DNA from: Myxococcota bacterium
GTDB taxonomy: Bacteria; Myxococcota_A; Polyangia; Polyangiales; Sandaracinaceae
NCBI GenBank assembly: GCA_036149055.1
Contig: JAYZQJ010000185.1
Coordinates: 1 to 43,904 of the forward strand
Direction of reading: 5' to 3'
DNA length: 43,904 nt
Positions 1 through 8,432 of the stretch are shown piece after piece (the first letter of the stretch is position 1; each line of letters begins with the position of its first letter). The position numbers were made by a program, and so were the translations under genes. The notes under the pieces are model-generated. The model was not told where the DNA came from. It saw only the letters and a list, made by a program, of their open reading frames with translations, and searched no databases.

Positions 1-116
1 TACTGGAAGACCGACGACAGCGGACGGTCCGGCCTCAGCAAGAAGCGACGGCCCTCGATGCAGCGGGTGATGAAGTAGACCGACTTGGGCTCGATGTAGC
101 GAGGGTTCGTGGGCAC
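1..116 (-). CDS. 5' fragment of a probable HUH/Y1 (IS200-like, RAYT-like) transposase; runs off the window
   Basis: Minus strand from GTG at 116 reads VPTNPRYIEPKSVYFITRCIEGRRFLLRPDRPLSSVFQ(Y). This resembles the PR...Y.IT.R...R.FLLRP N-terminus I recall for myxobacterial Y1 transposases. The HUH motif and catalytic Tyr would lie outside the window. Not in the ORF track. Confidence 0.6.
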   Translation of the reverse strand, partial: MPTNPRYIEPKSVYFITRCIEGRRFLLRPDRPLSSVFQ

Positions 117-129
117 GCCGCCACGACGG

Positions 130-146
130 CGCACCCGACGTGCCGG
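130..146 (-). promoter_or_regulatory. sigma54-type -24/-12 promoter in front of the Y1-transposase-like gene
   Basis: Minus strand cGGCACgtcgggTGC (145->131) has GG-N10-GC spacing (consensus TGGCAC-N5-TTGC), about 15 nt upstream of the GTG at 116. Confidence 0.45.
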
Positions 147-244
147 TCACCGCGCACGTGATTCCGCGTACTTGCAGCGACGGTTCGGCGGGGGTGGCGG
201 GCGGAGGGGTGGCGGCCGCCGGGCGCGAGGGGGGTCCGAGCGAG

Positions 245-661
245 CTACTGCCCGGCGGCTTCGTCGTCGAGGGCGTCTCGCACGTCGCCGCGCAGGGCGA
301 CGCCGCTGGCCGCGGTGAGGCGCGGGAGGAGCTGCGCGAGCTCGGCGACGAGGCCCTCCCCGCAGGTGACCCGCGCGTCGAAGACGCCCTCGGGCGCTGG
401 CTCGGCCGGCTCACCGAGACACACGAGCGCGGGACAGCGGGCGTCGAGCCACGCCCGGAGCTGCTCCGCGAGCTCGGTGGCGCCGTAGGGGTCGACCGTG
501 GCGTCGAGCAAGAGGGCGCTGGGCTTCCGCGCGAGGGGCGGGCGGCTCCAGTCCTCGCCCTCGGGGAGCGGCAGGACCTCGAAGCCGCGGGATCGCAGCC
601 CCTCCTCCACGCCGCTTCGCAGCGCGAGGTCGTCGCTCACGACCGTCACCACGGGTCCCAT
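245..661 (-). CDS. Small receiver-like (CheY-fold) protein, probably atypical
   Basis: ATG at 661: MGPVVTVVSDDLALRSGVEEGLRSRGFEV...PSALLLDAT...GATELAEQLR follows the REC beta1-alpha1-beta2-beta3 pattern. The conserved Lys-Pro is not evident. Confidence 0.55.
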   Translation of the reverse strand: MGPVVTVVSDDLALRSGVEEGLRSRGFEVLPLPEGEDWSRPPLARKPSALLLDATVDPYGATELAEQLRAWLDARCPALVCLGEPAEPAPEGVFDARVTCGEGLVAELAQLLPRLTAASGVALRGDVRDALDDEAAGQ

Positions 662-759
662 CACCGCCGGAGAAGATGACACGGCCGGGCGCGTCCCCCA
701 AATCCGTCTCGATTCGGAGTGGTGCCCGCGCGGCGACGACTTATGATCGGCGGCTCCGA

Positions 760-1821
760 ATGGAACGACCGCTTCATCCCCGCGCCGGCGGCTACCGGCA
801 ACCCGCCGAGTGGGAGCCGCACCAGGCGGTCTGGCTGGCCTGGCCGAGCCACGACGAGCTCTGGGCCCAGCTCCTGCCCGACGCACAGCGCGAGCACGAG
901 GCGCTCTGTCGCGCGATCGCCGACGTCGACGAGGATGGTCGGCCGCGCGGCGAGTCCCTGCACGTCCTGGTGCCGGACGCGATGCGCGAGATCGAGGCGC
1001 GGGCCGCCCTCGAGGGCACCGGCGCCCGCTTCCACCGCGTCCCCTTCGGCGACATCTGGATGCGCGACATCGCGCCGATCTTCGTGCGCAACGAGGACGG
1101 CGACGTCTCCCCGGTCTGCTTCGCCTTCAACGGCTGGGGCGGCAAGTACATCCTCGACGGCGACGATCTGGTCGCCGGGCGGGTGGGCGAGCTGGCCGGC
1201 GGGGAGCTCTACGCGTTCGGCTGGGTCCTCGAGGGCGGCGCCATCGAGCCCAACGGCGACGGCACGCTGCTCACCACCCGCCAGTGCCTGCTCAACCCCA
1301 ACCGCAACCCGGGCATGGACCTGGCGCGGATCGAGAGCGGGCTCGCCGACTCCCTCGGCGCCGAGAAGGTGCTCTGGCTCGACGAGGGCCTCCTCAACGA
1401 CCACACCGACGGGCACGTCGACACCCTCGCTCGCTTCGTCGACGAGACGACCGTGGTCTGCATGGAGGCGCGCGACGAGGACGATCCGAACCGGGAGGTG
1501 CTCGATCGGATCGCCGCGGATCTCGCCGAGATGACCGACGCGCGCGGCCGCAAGCTCCAGGTGGAGCGCGTCCCGTCGCCGGGCCGCATCGAAGACGACG
1601 AGGGCCTCCTGATGCCCGCGAGCTACGTCAACTTCTACATCGCGAACACGACCGTCGTCGTCCCCACGTATGGCTCGCCGTACGACGACGAGGCGGTCGA
1701 GGCCTTGTCCTCCCTCTTTCCGGGACGAAAGGTCGTGGGGTGCTCGGCGCGGGCGATCCTCGCCGGCGGCGGCGCCTTCCACTGCATCACACAGCAGCAG
1801 CCCCTGGGAGCCCGAAGCTGA
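760..1821 (+). CDS. aguA: Agmatine deiminase (peptidyl-arginine deiminase family)
   Basis: Motifs PAEWEPH..WLAWP, DIWMRD, LEGGAI, TDGHVD, SYVNFY and GGGAFHCITQQQP. Its stop overlaps the aguB start. Confidence 0.93.
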   Translation: MERPLHPRAGGYRQPAEWEPHQAVWLAWPSHDELWAQLLPDAQREHEALCRAIADVDEDGRPRGESLHVLVPDAMREIEARAALEGTGARFHRVPFGDIWMRDIAPIFVRNEDGDVSPVCFAFNGWGGKYILDGDDLVAGRVGELAGGELYAFGWVLEGGAIEPNGDGTLLTTRQCLLNPNRNPGMDLARIESGLADSLGAEKVLWLDEGLLNDHTDGHVDTLARFVDETTVVCMEARDEDDPNREVLDRIAADLAEMTDARGRKLQVERVPSPGRIEDDEGLLMPASYVNFYIANTTVVVPTYGSPYDDEAVEALSSLFPGRKVVGCSARAILAGGGAFHCITQQQPLGARS

Positions 1822-2687
1822 TGGCCAACGACGACGAGCTGAGCCTCTCCGTTCTCCAGTGTCCCCTCGCCGAGGCGCGTGAGCTCAACGTGGCGCGCGT
1901 CGTGGGCCTCATCCACGAGGCCGCCGACGCCGGCGCGAAGGTGATCCTCCCCCCGGAGCTCTTCGAGGGCCCGTACTTCCCGCGCACCGAAGACGAGGAC
2001 TTCTTCGAGTGGGCGCGCCCGCTGAAGGACAACAAGACGCTCTCCCGCCTCTCCGACCTCGCGAAGGAGCTCGGCGTGGTGATCCCGTACTCCTGGTTCG
2101 AGCGCGCCGGCCAGACCTTCTACAACAGCCTCGCCATGCTCGACGCGGACGGCTCCCTCATGGGTGTCTACCGCAAGTCGCACATCCCCGACGGACCGGG
2201 CTACGAGGAGAAGTACTACTTCCGCCAGGGCGACACCGGCTTCCGCGTCTGGAACACGGCGCACGGCCGCATCGGCGTCGGCATCTGCTGGGATCAGTGG
2301 TTCCCCGAGTGCGCCCGCGCGATGGCGCTGATGGGCGCCGAGGCGCTCATGTACCCGACCGCGATCGGCTCCGAGCCGAAGAGCGGAGAGGAGACCAAGG
2401 ATCCGTGGCAGCGCTGCATGGTCGGCCACGCGGTCGCCAACTCGATGCCGGTCTGCGCGGCCAACCGGATCGGCGACGAGGGCGGTCAGGTCTTCTACGG
2501 CGCGTCGTTCATCGCCGATCCGCGCGGCGAGAAGGTCGCGGAGCTCGGCCGCGAGGAGCAGGGCTTCCTCGTGCACACCTTCGACCGGAAGGCGCTCTCC
2601 CGCCGACGCGCCTCGTGGGGCTTCTTCCGCGATCGCCGCCCCGATCTCTACGACGTGCTCCTCGGCGCCGACGGCGCCGGCGGCTGA
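1821..2687 (+). CDS. aguB: N-carbamoylputrescine amidase (nitrilase superfamily)
   Basis: E-K-C triad context PELF, YRKSHIPDGPGYEEKYYF, GICWDQWFPE; also YPTAIGSEP and FFRDRRPDLY. TGATG coupling to aguA. This is the C-terminal part of track ORF 810..2687. Confidence 0.93.
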   Translation: MANDDELSLSVLQCPLAEARELNVARVVGLIHEAADAGAKVILPPELFEGPYFPRTEDEDFFEWARPLKDNKTLSRLSDLAKELGVVIPYSWFERAGQTFYNSLAMLDADGSLMGVYRKSHIPDGPGYEEKYYFRQGDTGFRVWNTAHGRIGVGICWDQWFPECARAMALMGAEALMYPTAIGSEPKSGEETKDPWQRCMVGHAVANSMPVCAANRIGDEGGQVFYGASFIADPRGEKVAELGREEQGFLVHTFDRKALSRRRASWGFFRDRRPDLYDVLLGADGAGG

Positions 2688-2689
2688 CC

Positions 2690-4498
2690 TCAGAGCTCCA
2701 CCCGCACCGAGTTCGGATCGTCGGGCTCCGGGCGCGCGCCGCTCTGCCTTATCGCGCCCACCCGAAGCCCGCGCGTCCGGATCGCGTCCCGTTGAGCCGG
2801 TGTGAGCCGATGCTTGCTCTCGAGCCGGTCGCCGCGACGCAGATGCGCGGGGCTGAGCCACCCGGCGAACGGCAGGTCGACGCGGCGCGGTCGGTCGGCG
2901 ACGCCGATCCGGAGCGCGAGGTCGTGCGGACACGGGCCCCGGGCCACCAGCTCCAGCGTGAGCAGGGTGTCCTCGAGCGTCGCCCCGCGCACCGCGAGGC
3001 AATCGGTCAGCGCCTGCCCCGACTGCGGGATCGCGCGGCCGACGATCGCCCGCCCGCCGAGCCCATCGCGCGGGTGCGCCCCGCGCTCGAGCAGGAGGAA
3101 GTCCCCGCGCGCCAGCGCGAGCCGGTGATCCTCCCGCGCCAGCCAGTCGCGCACCGGCGGCTCCTCGACGGTGCGGATCAGGTCCTCCTGCCCCGCGTAC
3201 CGACGCCGGTGCCAGACGTCGAGCACGTAGTAGTCGTCGTTCGCCTCGGGCGAGCTCGTCCGATGGAGGATCGCGCGCTCGGCGAGGTGCGGCAGGAGCG
3301 GGTAGGGCGCCTGCACGCTCGCGTCGTGGGGGATGGCGCGCACGATCTCGGCCGCGGCGGCGGAGCGGGCGTCGGGGCGGTAGGCGCCGGCGTCGAAGTC
3401 GGTCGAGAGCGGCGTCCCGCCGGCGATCACGTGCCCGACGAAGATCGCCACGAGCGGCACGATCTGAATCGCGAACGGCGCCTTGCCCGCGACCCGGCCC
3501 GCGCCCGCCAGGCCGCCCGCGACCAGGAACGGCAGCGCCGGCGTGAGGTAGTGGACGTCGAGATCGGTCGTCGTGGGCCACTCGCTGATCAGGTTGATCG
3601 CCAGGATCGGCGCGGTCGGGATCAGCCACTTCGCCCTCAGCAGCGGCAGCAGCGCGAGCGGCGCGAGCACCTTCGGCAGATAGGTGAGCCGCTCCGGGGT
3701 CGCGAGGTGCGCGGCGAGCTCCCCCGGGTGCGTGATCAGGTGCAGCGCCACCGCCGGCACGCTGCCCCCGAACTTCCCGAAGTGGAGCGAGAGCGATCCC
3801 TGCGCGGGCGCGTAGGCGGGCTGGATGGCGAGGAAGAAGAGCAGCGCGTAGGCGAGCGAGACGCCGCCGACGAGGGCCGCCGCCGGGCGCTTCCCTCGAT
3901 GCTCGAGCGCGAAGAGCGTCGCGCCGGCCGCGGTGACCAGCGCCAGATCCTCCCGGCAGAGCAGGACGCCCAGGGTCGAGAGCGCGAGCGCCCGCGCGTG
4001 GCCGCGGTCGATCGCGTAGGCCATCCACGCCAGGGGGAGCACGGCGAGCGAGCCCGGGTGGAACTCGTAGCCCGCGACGTGACCGAGGTTCGGGTACAGC
4101 AGCCACACGAACGCGCCGACGAAGCGCCCCATCGGCCCGAGGTGTCGCTCTCCGATCCGCGCCAGCGGGAAAGCGGCGAGGGCGAGCGCGAGCGCCTGGG
4201 CCACGATGAGCGCGGTCGCGATCGAGCCGGTCAGCGCCCCGATGGCCCCGAGCGGCGCGAGCACGGGGGAGAGGTGGAGCCCGTAGAAGTGGGCGTCCAC
4301 CATCGGCTCCCACCAGTTCTGGTTCACGAGCCCCCAGGCGATCCGCACGTAGAACGCGAGATCGAAGGTCTCGTTGTGAAAGGTGCGGAACCGCGCCAGG
4401 CCGAGCGCGGCGAAGAGCACGGCCATCGCCGCGGTCAGCCCGAGGACGGGCCGGTCGAGCCGCCGGCGGCGCGCCTCGCTGTCCCTGGCAGGGGTCAA
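2690..4498 (-). CDS. DUF2079-like multi-pass membrane protein (putative GT-C-fold glycosyltransferase)
   Basis: Many hydrophobic helices with DLAFY..., GLHLSPVL, YEFHP and LLCREDLAL motifs, plus a C-terminal soluble domain. Start uncertain. Confidence 0.7.
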   Translation of the reverse strand: MTPARDSEARRRRLDRPVLGLTAAMAVLFAALGLARFRTFHNETFDLAFYVRIAWGLVNQNWWEPMVDAHFYGLHLSPVLAPLGAIGALTGSIATALIVAQALALALAAFPLARIGERHLGPMGRFVGAFVWLLYPNLGHVAGYEFHPGSLAVLPLAWMAYAIDRGHARALALSTLGVLLCREDLALVTAAGATLFALEHRGKRPAAALVGGVSLAYALLFFLAIQPAYAPAQGSLSLHFGKFGGSVPAVALHLITHPGELAAHLATPERLTYLPKVLAPLALLPLLRAKWLIPTAPILAINLISEWPTTTDLDVHYLTPALPFLVAGGLAGAGRVAGKAPFAIQIVPLVAIFVGHVIAGGTPLSTDFDAGAYRPDARSAAAAEIVRAIPHDASVQAPYPLLPHLAERAILHRTSSPEANDDYYVLDVWHRRRYAGQEDLIRTVEEPPVRDWLAREDHRLALARGDFLLLERGAHPRDGLGGRAIVGRAIPQSGQALTDCLAVRGATLEDTLLTLELVARGPCPHDLALRIGVADRPRRVDLPFAGWLSPAHLRRGDRLESKHRLTPAQRDAIRTRGLRVGAIRQSGARPEPDDPNSVRVEL

Positions 4499-4523
4499 GG
4501 CGCGCGATGGTAGCAGGCCGGCG

Positions 4524-5645
4524 TCAGGCGACCATTCGGAGGTTCGTCACCAGCTGCTGGTAGTGGTCCTGGTAGCGCCGCAGGTCGAGCGGCGGGCACG
4601 CGTCCGCGTCGAGGCGCACGCCGAAGCCGGGGGGCGCCGCGCCGCCCGGGCCGCGCTCCACGCTGCGCACCCAGACCACGGTGCCGCGGAGGTGCACCGC
4701 GTCGCTCGAGTGGGGCGGGCGCAGCTCGAACCAGAGCTTGGTGCCGCTCCGGGGCGGGTCGAGGGTGCGCACGTAGAGGCCCTCGCGGCTCAGGTTGTAG
4801 GTCAGCCCGAGCACCGGGTGCAGCTGTCCGGCGGGCCGGAAGGCGCACATCGCGTCCCAGATCACGCGCTGAGAGGCGCGAAGGTTCTTGACGCCGGGGC
4901 GCAGCAGCTCGTTCGCGACGAAGAGCAGGTGATCCGGCGGCGCGTGCTCGTGCACCATCGCCACCCGGTTGAGCTCGTCGGCGGCCAGCTCCCGCAGCTC
5001 CCGCTCGGTGCCCACCACGATGCTCGGGAGCGAGCCGAGGCCGGTGGCCCGCCGGGCCGCGATCACCGAGCGGAGGCCTCCGTCCGGCGGGAGCGAGTCG
5101 GCGGTCACGAACATGGTCGGCTCGGAGCCCTGACGGCAGACCCGCTCGAGCTCGGCCGCGTCCTCCGCGAACCGGACGTCGAAGCCGGCGAGCCGCAGCG
5201 TGCGCCCCAGGATCCGGCGGCGGTGCTCGTTGGGATGCGCGACGATCGCGCCGCCCTGGGTGGTCGGCGGTCGCGCGGTCGGGTCGTAGTGGGTCAGCAC
5301 CGCGGCCCGGCGCGTGATGGCGCCGAGGTCGCCCTGCACGATGACGTCGTCGCAGCCGGCCGCGCAGGCCTCGGCGAAGGCGCGGTCGCTCGGCGCGGGC
5401 ACGATCGAGACCACCATGGCGCCGAAGAGGCGAGCCTGGCTCCGGATCCAGGTCAGGAGCGGCTCGAGCTCGATCATCGCCGCGTCCACCAGGATGAGGC
5501 GCGGCGTGGCGCTCGTGTCCGAGAGCAGCCGGCGGGCGCCGGGACCATCCGCGACCGGCCGGACCTCCATCCCGGCGCGAGACAGCGCCATGCGAATGGA
5601 ATCGGATTGCTCGGGGGTGAATCGACCGACGACGACGGCGCTCAT
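4524..5645 (-). CDS. Receiver-like domain(s) plus C-terminal PilZ domain protein
   Basis: Two REC-like segments (LSRAGMEV...LILVDA; LRLAGFDV) followed by PilZ c-di-GMP motifs RASQR and NLSREG, and ...RGTVVW...GFGVRL. Confidence 0.75.
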   Translation of the reverse strand: MSAVVVGRFTPEQSDSIRMALSRAGMEVRPVADGPGARRLLSDTSATPRLILVDAAMIELEPLLTWIRSQARLFGAMVVSIVPAPSDRAFAEACAAGCDDVIVQGDLGAITRRAAVLTHYDPTARPPTTQGGAIVAHPNEHRRRILGRTLRLAGFDVRFAEDAAELERVCRQGSEPTMFVTADSLPPDGGLRSVIAARRATGLGSLPSIVVGTERELRELAADELNRVAMVHEHAPPDHLLFVANELLRPGVKNLRASQRVIWDAMCAFRPAGQLHPVLGLTYNLSREGLYVRTLDPPRSGTKLWFELRPPHSSDAVHLRGTVVWVRSVERGPGGAAPPGFGVRLDADACPPLDLRRYQDHYQQLVTNLRMVA

Positions 5646-5758
5646 GAGGCGGGGCTCCAGCTTCGAGAGGTGGCTCGTTCTGGGACAACGGCCGGTCCGG
5701 GGCCGACTTGAGGACGGAAGCCGTTGACCCGTCCACGCCGCGGCGTACCCTCCGCGCC

Positions 5759-6379
5759 ATGCTCCCGGACGCGGGCCTCTACGCGATCGTCGATCCGGCG
5801 GCCTGCGACGGTCGCGACCCGGAGGTGGTGACCGACGCGATCCTGCGCGGCGGCTGCGCGCTCCTCCAGCTGCGGCACAAGCAGGGTCCCGACGCTCCGC
5901 ACCTCGCCCTCGCCCGACGCCTCGCCGCGCGCTGCCGGGCCGCGAGCGTGCCGTTCGTGATCAACGATCGCGCCGACCTCGCGGCGCTGACCGGCGCGTG
6001 GCTCCACCTCGGCCAGGACGATCTTCCGGTGGCGGAGGCGCGGCGGCTCCTGTCGACGCCGATCGGGCGCTCGACCCACGACGAGGCGCAGGCTCGGGCC
6101 GCGGTCGCCGACGGCGCGGACCTGATCGCGTTCGGCCCGGTCTTCGACACCTCCGGCAAGTCCGCGCCCGACCCGGTGGTGGGCCTCGAGCGCCTGGCCG
6201 CGGTCTGCGCCGGCTCCCCGCTCCCGGTGGTCGCGATCGGCGGGCTGGACCCCGAGCGCGCGGCGGCGGTGGCGAAGGCGGGGGCGCGCTGGGGAGCCGC
6301 GATCGGCGCCGTCTGCCGGGCACCCGACCCGGAGCAGGCCGCCCGCGCGATGCACGCCGCGCTCGGAGGGTCCACGTGA
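5759..6379 (+). CDS. thiE: Thiamine-phosphate synthase
   Basis: LYAIVD, LQLRHK, FVINDRADLA, HLGQDD, GRSTH, FGPVFDT.GK and VAIGG motifs. Confidence 0.92.
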   Translation: MLPDAGLYAIVDPAACDGRDPEVVTDAILRGGCALLQLRHKQGPDAPHLALARRLAARCRAASVPFVINDRADLAALTGAWLHLGQDDLPVAEARRLLSTPIGRSTHDEAQARAAVADGADLIAFGPVFDTSGKSAPDPVVGLERLAAVCAGSPLPVVAIGGLDPERAAAVAKAGARWGAAIGAVCRAPDPEQAARAMHAALGGST

Positions 6380-6999
6380 TCGTCGAGCTGATCGTCGGCG
6401 CCGGGCTCGTGATGGCGGGGGCGGCCGCCGCTCGGATGCTCATGCGCCGCGGCGAGCTCGACGCCGAGGAGGGGCAGCCCGACGCCGAGCCCGAGGCGGA
6501 CGACGCGCCGCCGAAGCGCCGGAGAGCGCCGCTGCGCGAGGGCCCGCGAGGCCTGCGGGTCGGGGACGTGCTCCTCCACGGCGCGGGGGAGCTGTGGCTC
6601 GCCGGCGCGATCGAGCTCGACGAGGAGGGCTTCGTGGCCCGCCTCTTCCCGACCCCGGGGGGCACCTCCGCCGGCTGGGTGGCGCAGCTCGACGACGAGG
6701 CGAGCGACCTGGCCACCCTCGAGGAGACCGACGAGGTGCCGGACGGGGCGGTGCCGGAGGCCCTGCCGATCGCGGGTCGGCGGGTCCGGCTCGAGCGGCG
6801 GGGGCACGCGACGGTCACGCGCAGCGGCGAGCACCTGCCCCGCACCGAGGCCAGCTGCCGCTACACGATCCTGTCGGACGCCGGCGGCAAGGTGCTGGTG
6901 GTCGTGGACTTCGACACCGCGCCGCGGATCGCGCTGGTCGGCGACCGCGTCGCCCGGCACATGATCGATCTGCTCCCCGGCGGGGACCTCGAAGACTGA
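6376..6999 (+). CDS. Membrane-anchored hypothetical protein (possibly DUF4178-like)
   Basis: GTGA overlap with the thiE stop, N-terminal hydrophobic helix VIVELIVGAGLVMAGAAAA, high GC3, and LRVGDV...ERRGHATV pattern. Confidence 0.6.
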   Translation: MIVELIVGAGLVMAGAAAARMLMRRGELDAEEGQPDAEPEADDAPPKRRRAPLREGPRGLRVGDVLLHGAGELWLAGAIELDEEGFVARLFPTPGGTSAGWVAQLDDEASDLATLEETDEVPDGAVPEALPIAGRRVRLERRGHATVTRSGEHLPRTEASCRYTILSDAGGKVLVVVDFDTAPRIALVGDRVARHMIDLLPGGDLED

Positions 7000-7848
7000 T
7001 CAGGCCGAGCGGGCGCGGCGACCTTCGCGCGCCTTCTCTTCCTCTTCGAAGAAGCGGATCGCGCTGTCCATCGAGGCGATCAGCGCCTCGGTCACCACCT
7101 TGGCGGTCGCGTTGTCGGAGGTCTTCAGCGCGTCGTAGTATCGCTGACGCTCCGTCGCGTGCAGGATGGCCGGCGGGTAGTTCCCCCGGAGCAGGATCAG
7201 GTTCATCAGCAGGCGCGCCACCTTCCCGCTCATCTTGGGGAACGGGTAGATGTGGAGCAGCTGATGGTGGGCCTTGGCCGCCAGGCGCAGGGTGTGCGTC
7301 GCGCGCTTGGTCTCGGAGGAGTTCATCCACTGCACGAGCTGCCGCATCTTGTAGGAGATCTTCTCCGGCGGCGCGATCTCGTGGAAGTACATGCGGTGCA
7401 AGGGCATGTCCTTGCGGTACTTCGGCGGGTTCTTCCCCTCGACCTCTTCCGGCGCGAGGGTCGCGTAGATCTTCTTGATGACCTCGAGCGAGATGTTGAG
7501 CCGCTTCTTCTGGGACAGCTCGCGGATCAGCTCGATGGCCGCCTTGTTCTGGCGGATCTCGTCGTAGACCGGGATGAGGGACGTGTCGGTCGTGACCTCG
7601 TCGTCGAGCGCTTGCCGCAGCTCGTCCATGTTGTAGACGACGCCCTCGAGCGCGCTGTCATGGAAGATCCAGGAGAGCTCGAGCATCTTGTTGTAGCTCG
7701 TGAGCGACTCCTCGTCTGCGTCCTCCATCTTGCGATGGAGGACGTTCAACCGCTTGTCCAAACGCTGCGCCTGCACCCCGGACTCCCTCCGACCTCGTTG
7801 CCGGGAGCCTCGACCACGACGGCCCCCGGGGCCGCGAAGTTTACTCAT
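7000..7848 (-). CDS. Fic (Fido) domain protein with a degenerate catalytic motif
   Basis: N-terminal HDSALEG (like the S/TxxxEG inhibitory helix), AAKAHHQLLHIYPFPKMSGKVARLLMNLILLRGNYPP at the Fic motif position, and RQRYYDAL. Strong GC3 bias. Confidence 0.85.
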   Translation of the reverse strand: MSKLRGPGGRRGRGSRQRGRRESGVQAQRLDKRLNVLHRKMEDADEESLTSYNKMLELSWIFHDSALEGVVYNMDELRQALDDEVTTDTSLIPVYDEIRQNKAAIELIRELSQKKRLNISLEVIKKIYATLAPEEVEGKNPPKYRKDMPLHRMYFHEIAPPEKISYKMRQLVQWMNSSETKRATHTLRLAAKAHHQLLHIYPFPKMSGKVARLLMNLILLRGNYPPAILHATERQRYYDALKTSDNATAKVVTEALIASMDSAIRFFEEEEKAREGRRARSA

Positions 7849-7862
7849 CTTTCCCGGCTGGA

Positions 7863-8432
7863 TCAATCCCGTGGCGTCGGGCCCTCGGCCAGGGCCTCGT
7901 CGAGCGCGTCGGCCAGGTCGTCTTCGGACGGCACCCCGTGGTGCACCCACCGCACCGCGCCGTCCCTCCCGATGACCACCACCGTCGGGATGCTCTGGAC
8001 CTCGTAGCTGACCTGGGCGACCCCGCTCTGGTCCCGGAGCGACGGGAATTCCATGCCGAAGTCGCGGTAGCCGCGCTCGACGACCCGGAGCGGGACGCCC
8101 TCCTCGACGTTCACCCCGTAGACGCGAGCCCGCTCTCCGTATCGCTCATGAATCTCGTTCATCACCGGGATCGAGTAGCGGCAGGGCTGGCACCAGCTCG
8201 CCCAGAAGTCGAGCACCACCACCTCCCCGCGGAGGGCAGCCAGCGACACCCTCTCTCCCTCGGAGGCCCCCTGCCCGGCGACGACGGGGAGCGTGAAGTC
8301 CGGCGCCTCCAGACCCACGAGCCGCGACGTCGGCGCGTCCGACCCGCCGAAGAAGCGGAGCGCCAGCATCGCGATCGTGAGCACCGCGAAGCCGCCGATG
8401 TACCAACCGATGCGGTCGCGCCCACGGCTCAT
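7863..8432 (-). CDS. TlpA/ResA-family thiol-disulfide oxidoreductase, membrane-anchored
   Basis: APDFTLP, VVVLDFWASWCQPC, IPTVVVIGRDG and an N-terminal TM helix. Confidence 0.9.
   Translation of the reverse strand: MSRGRDRIGWYIGGFAVLTIAMLALRFFGGSDAPTSRLVGLEAPDFTLPVVAGQGASEGERVSLAALRGEVVVLDFWASWCQPCRYSIPVMNEIHERYGERARVYGVNVEEGVPLRVVERGYRDFGMEFPSLRDQSGVAQVSYEVQSIPTVVVIGRDGAVRWVHHGVPSEDDLADALDEALAEGPTPRD

Noticed and set aside
1..78. Plus-strand open frame ending ...PSMQRVMK-stop, read as the 3' end of a gene
   Set aside because: The minus-strand frame has better codon bias, a recognisable N-terminal motif and a promoter candidate, so the plus frame is likely its shadow.
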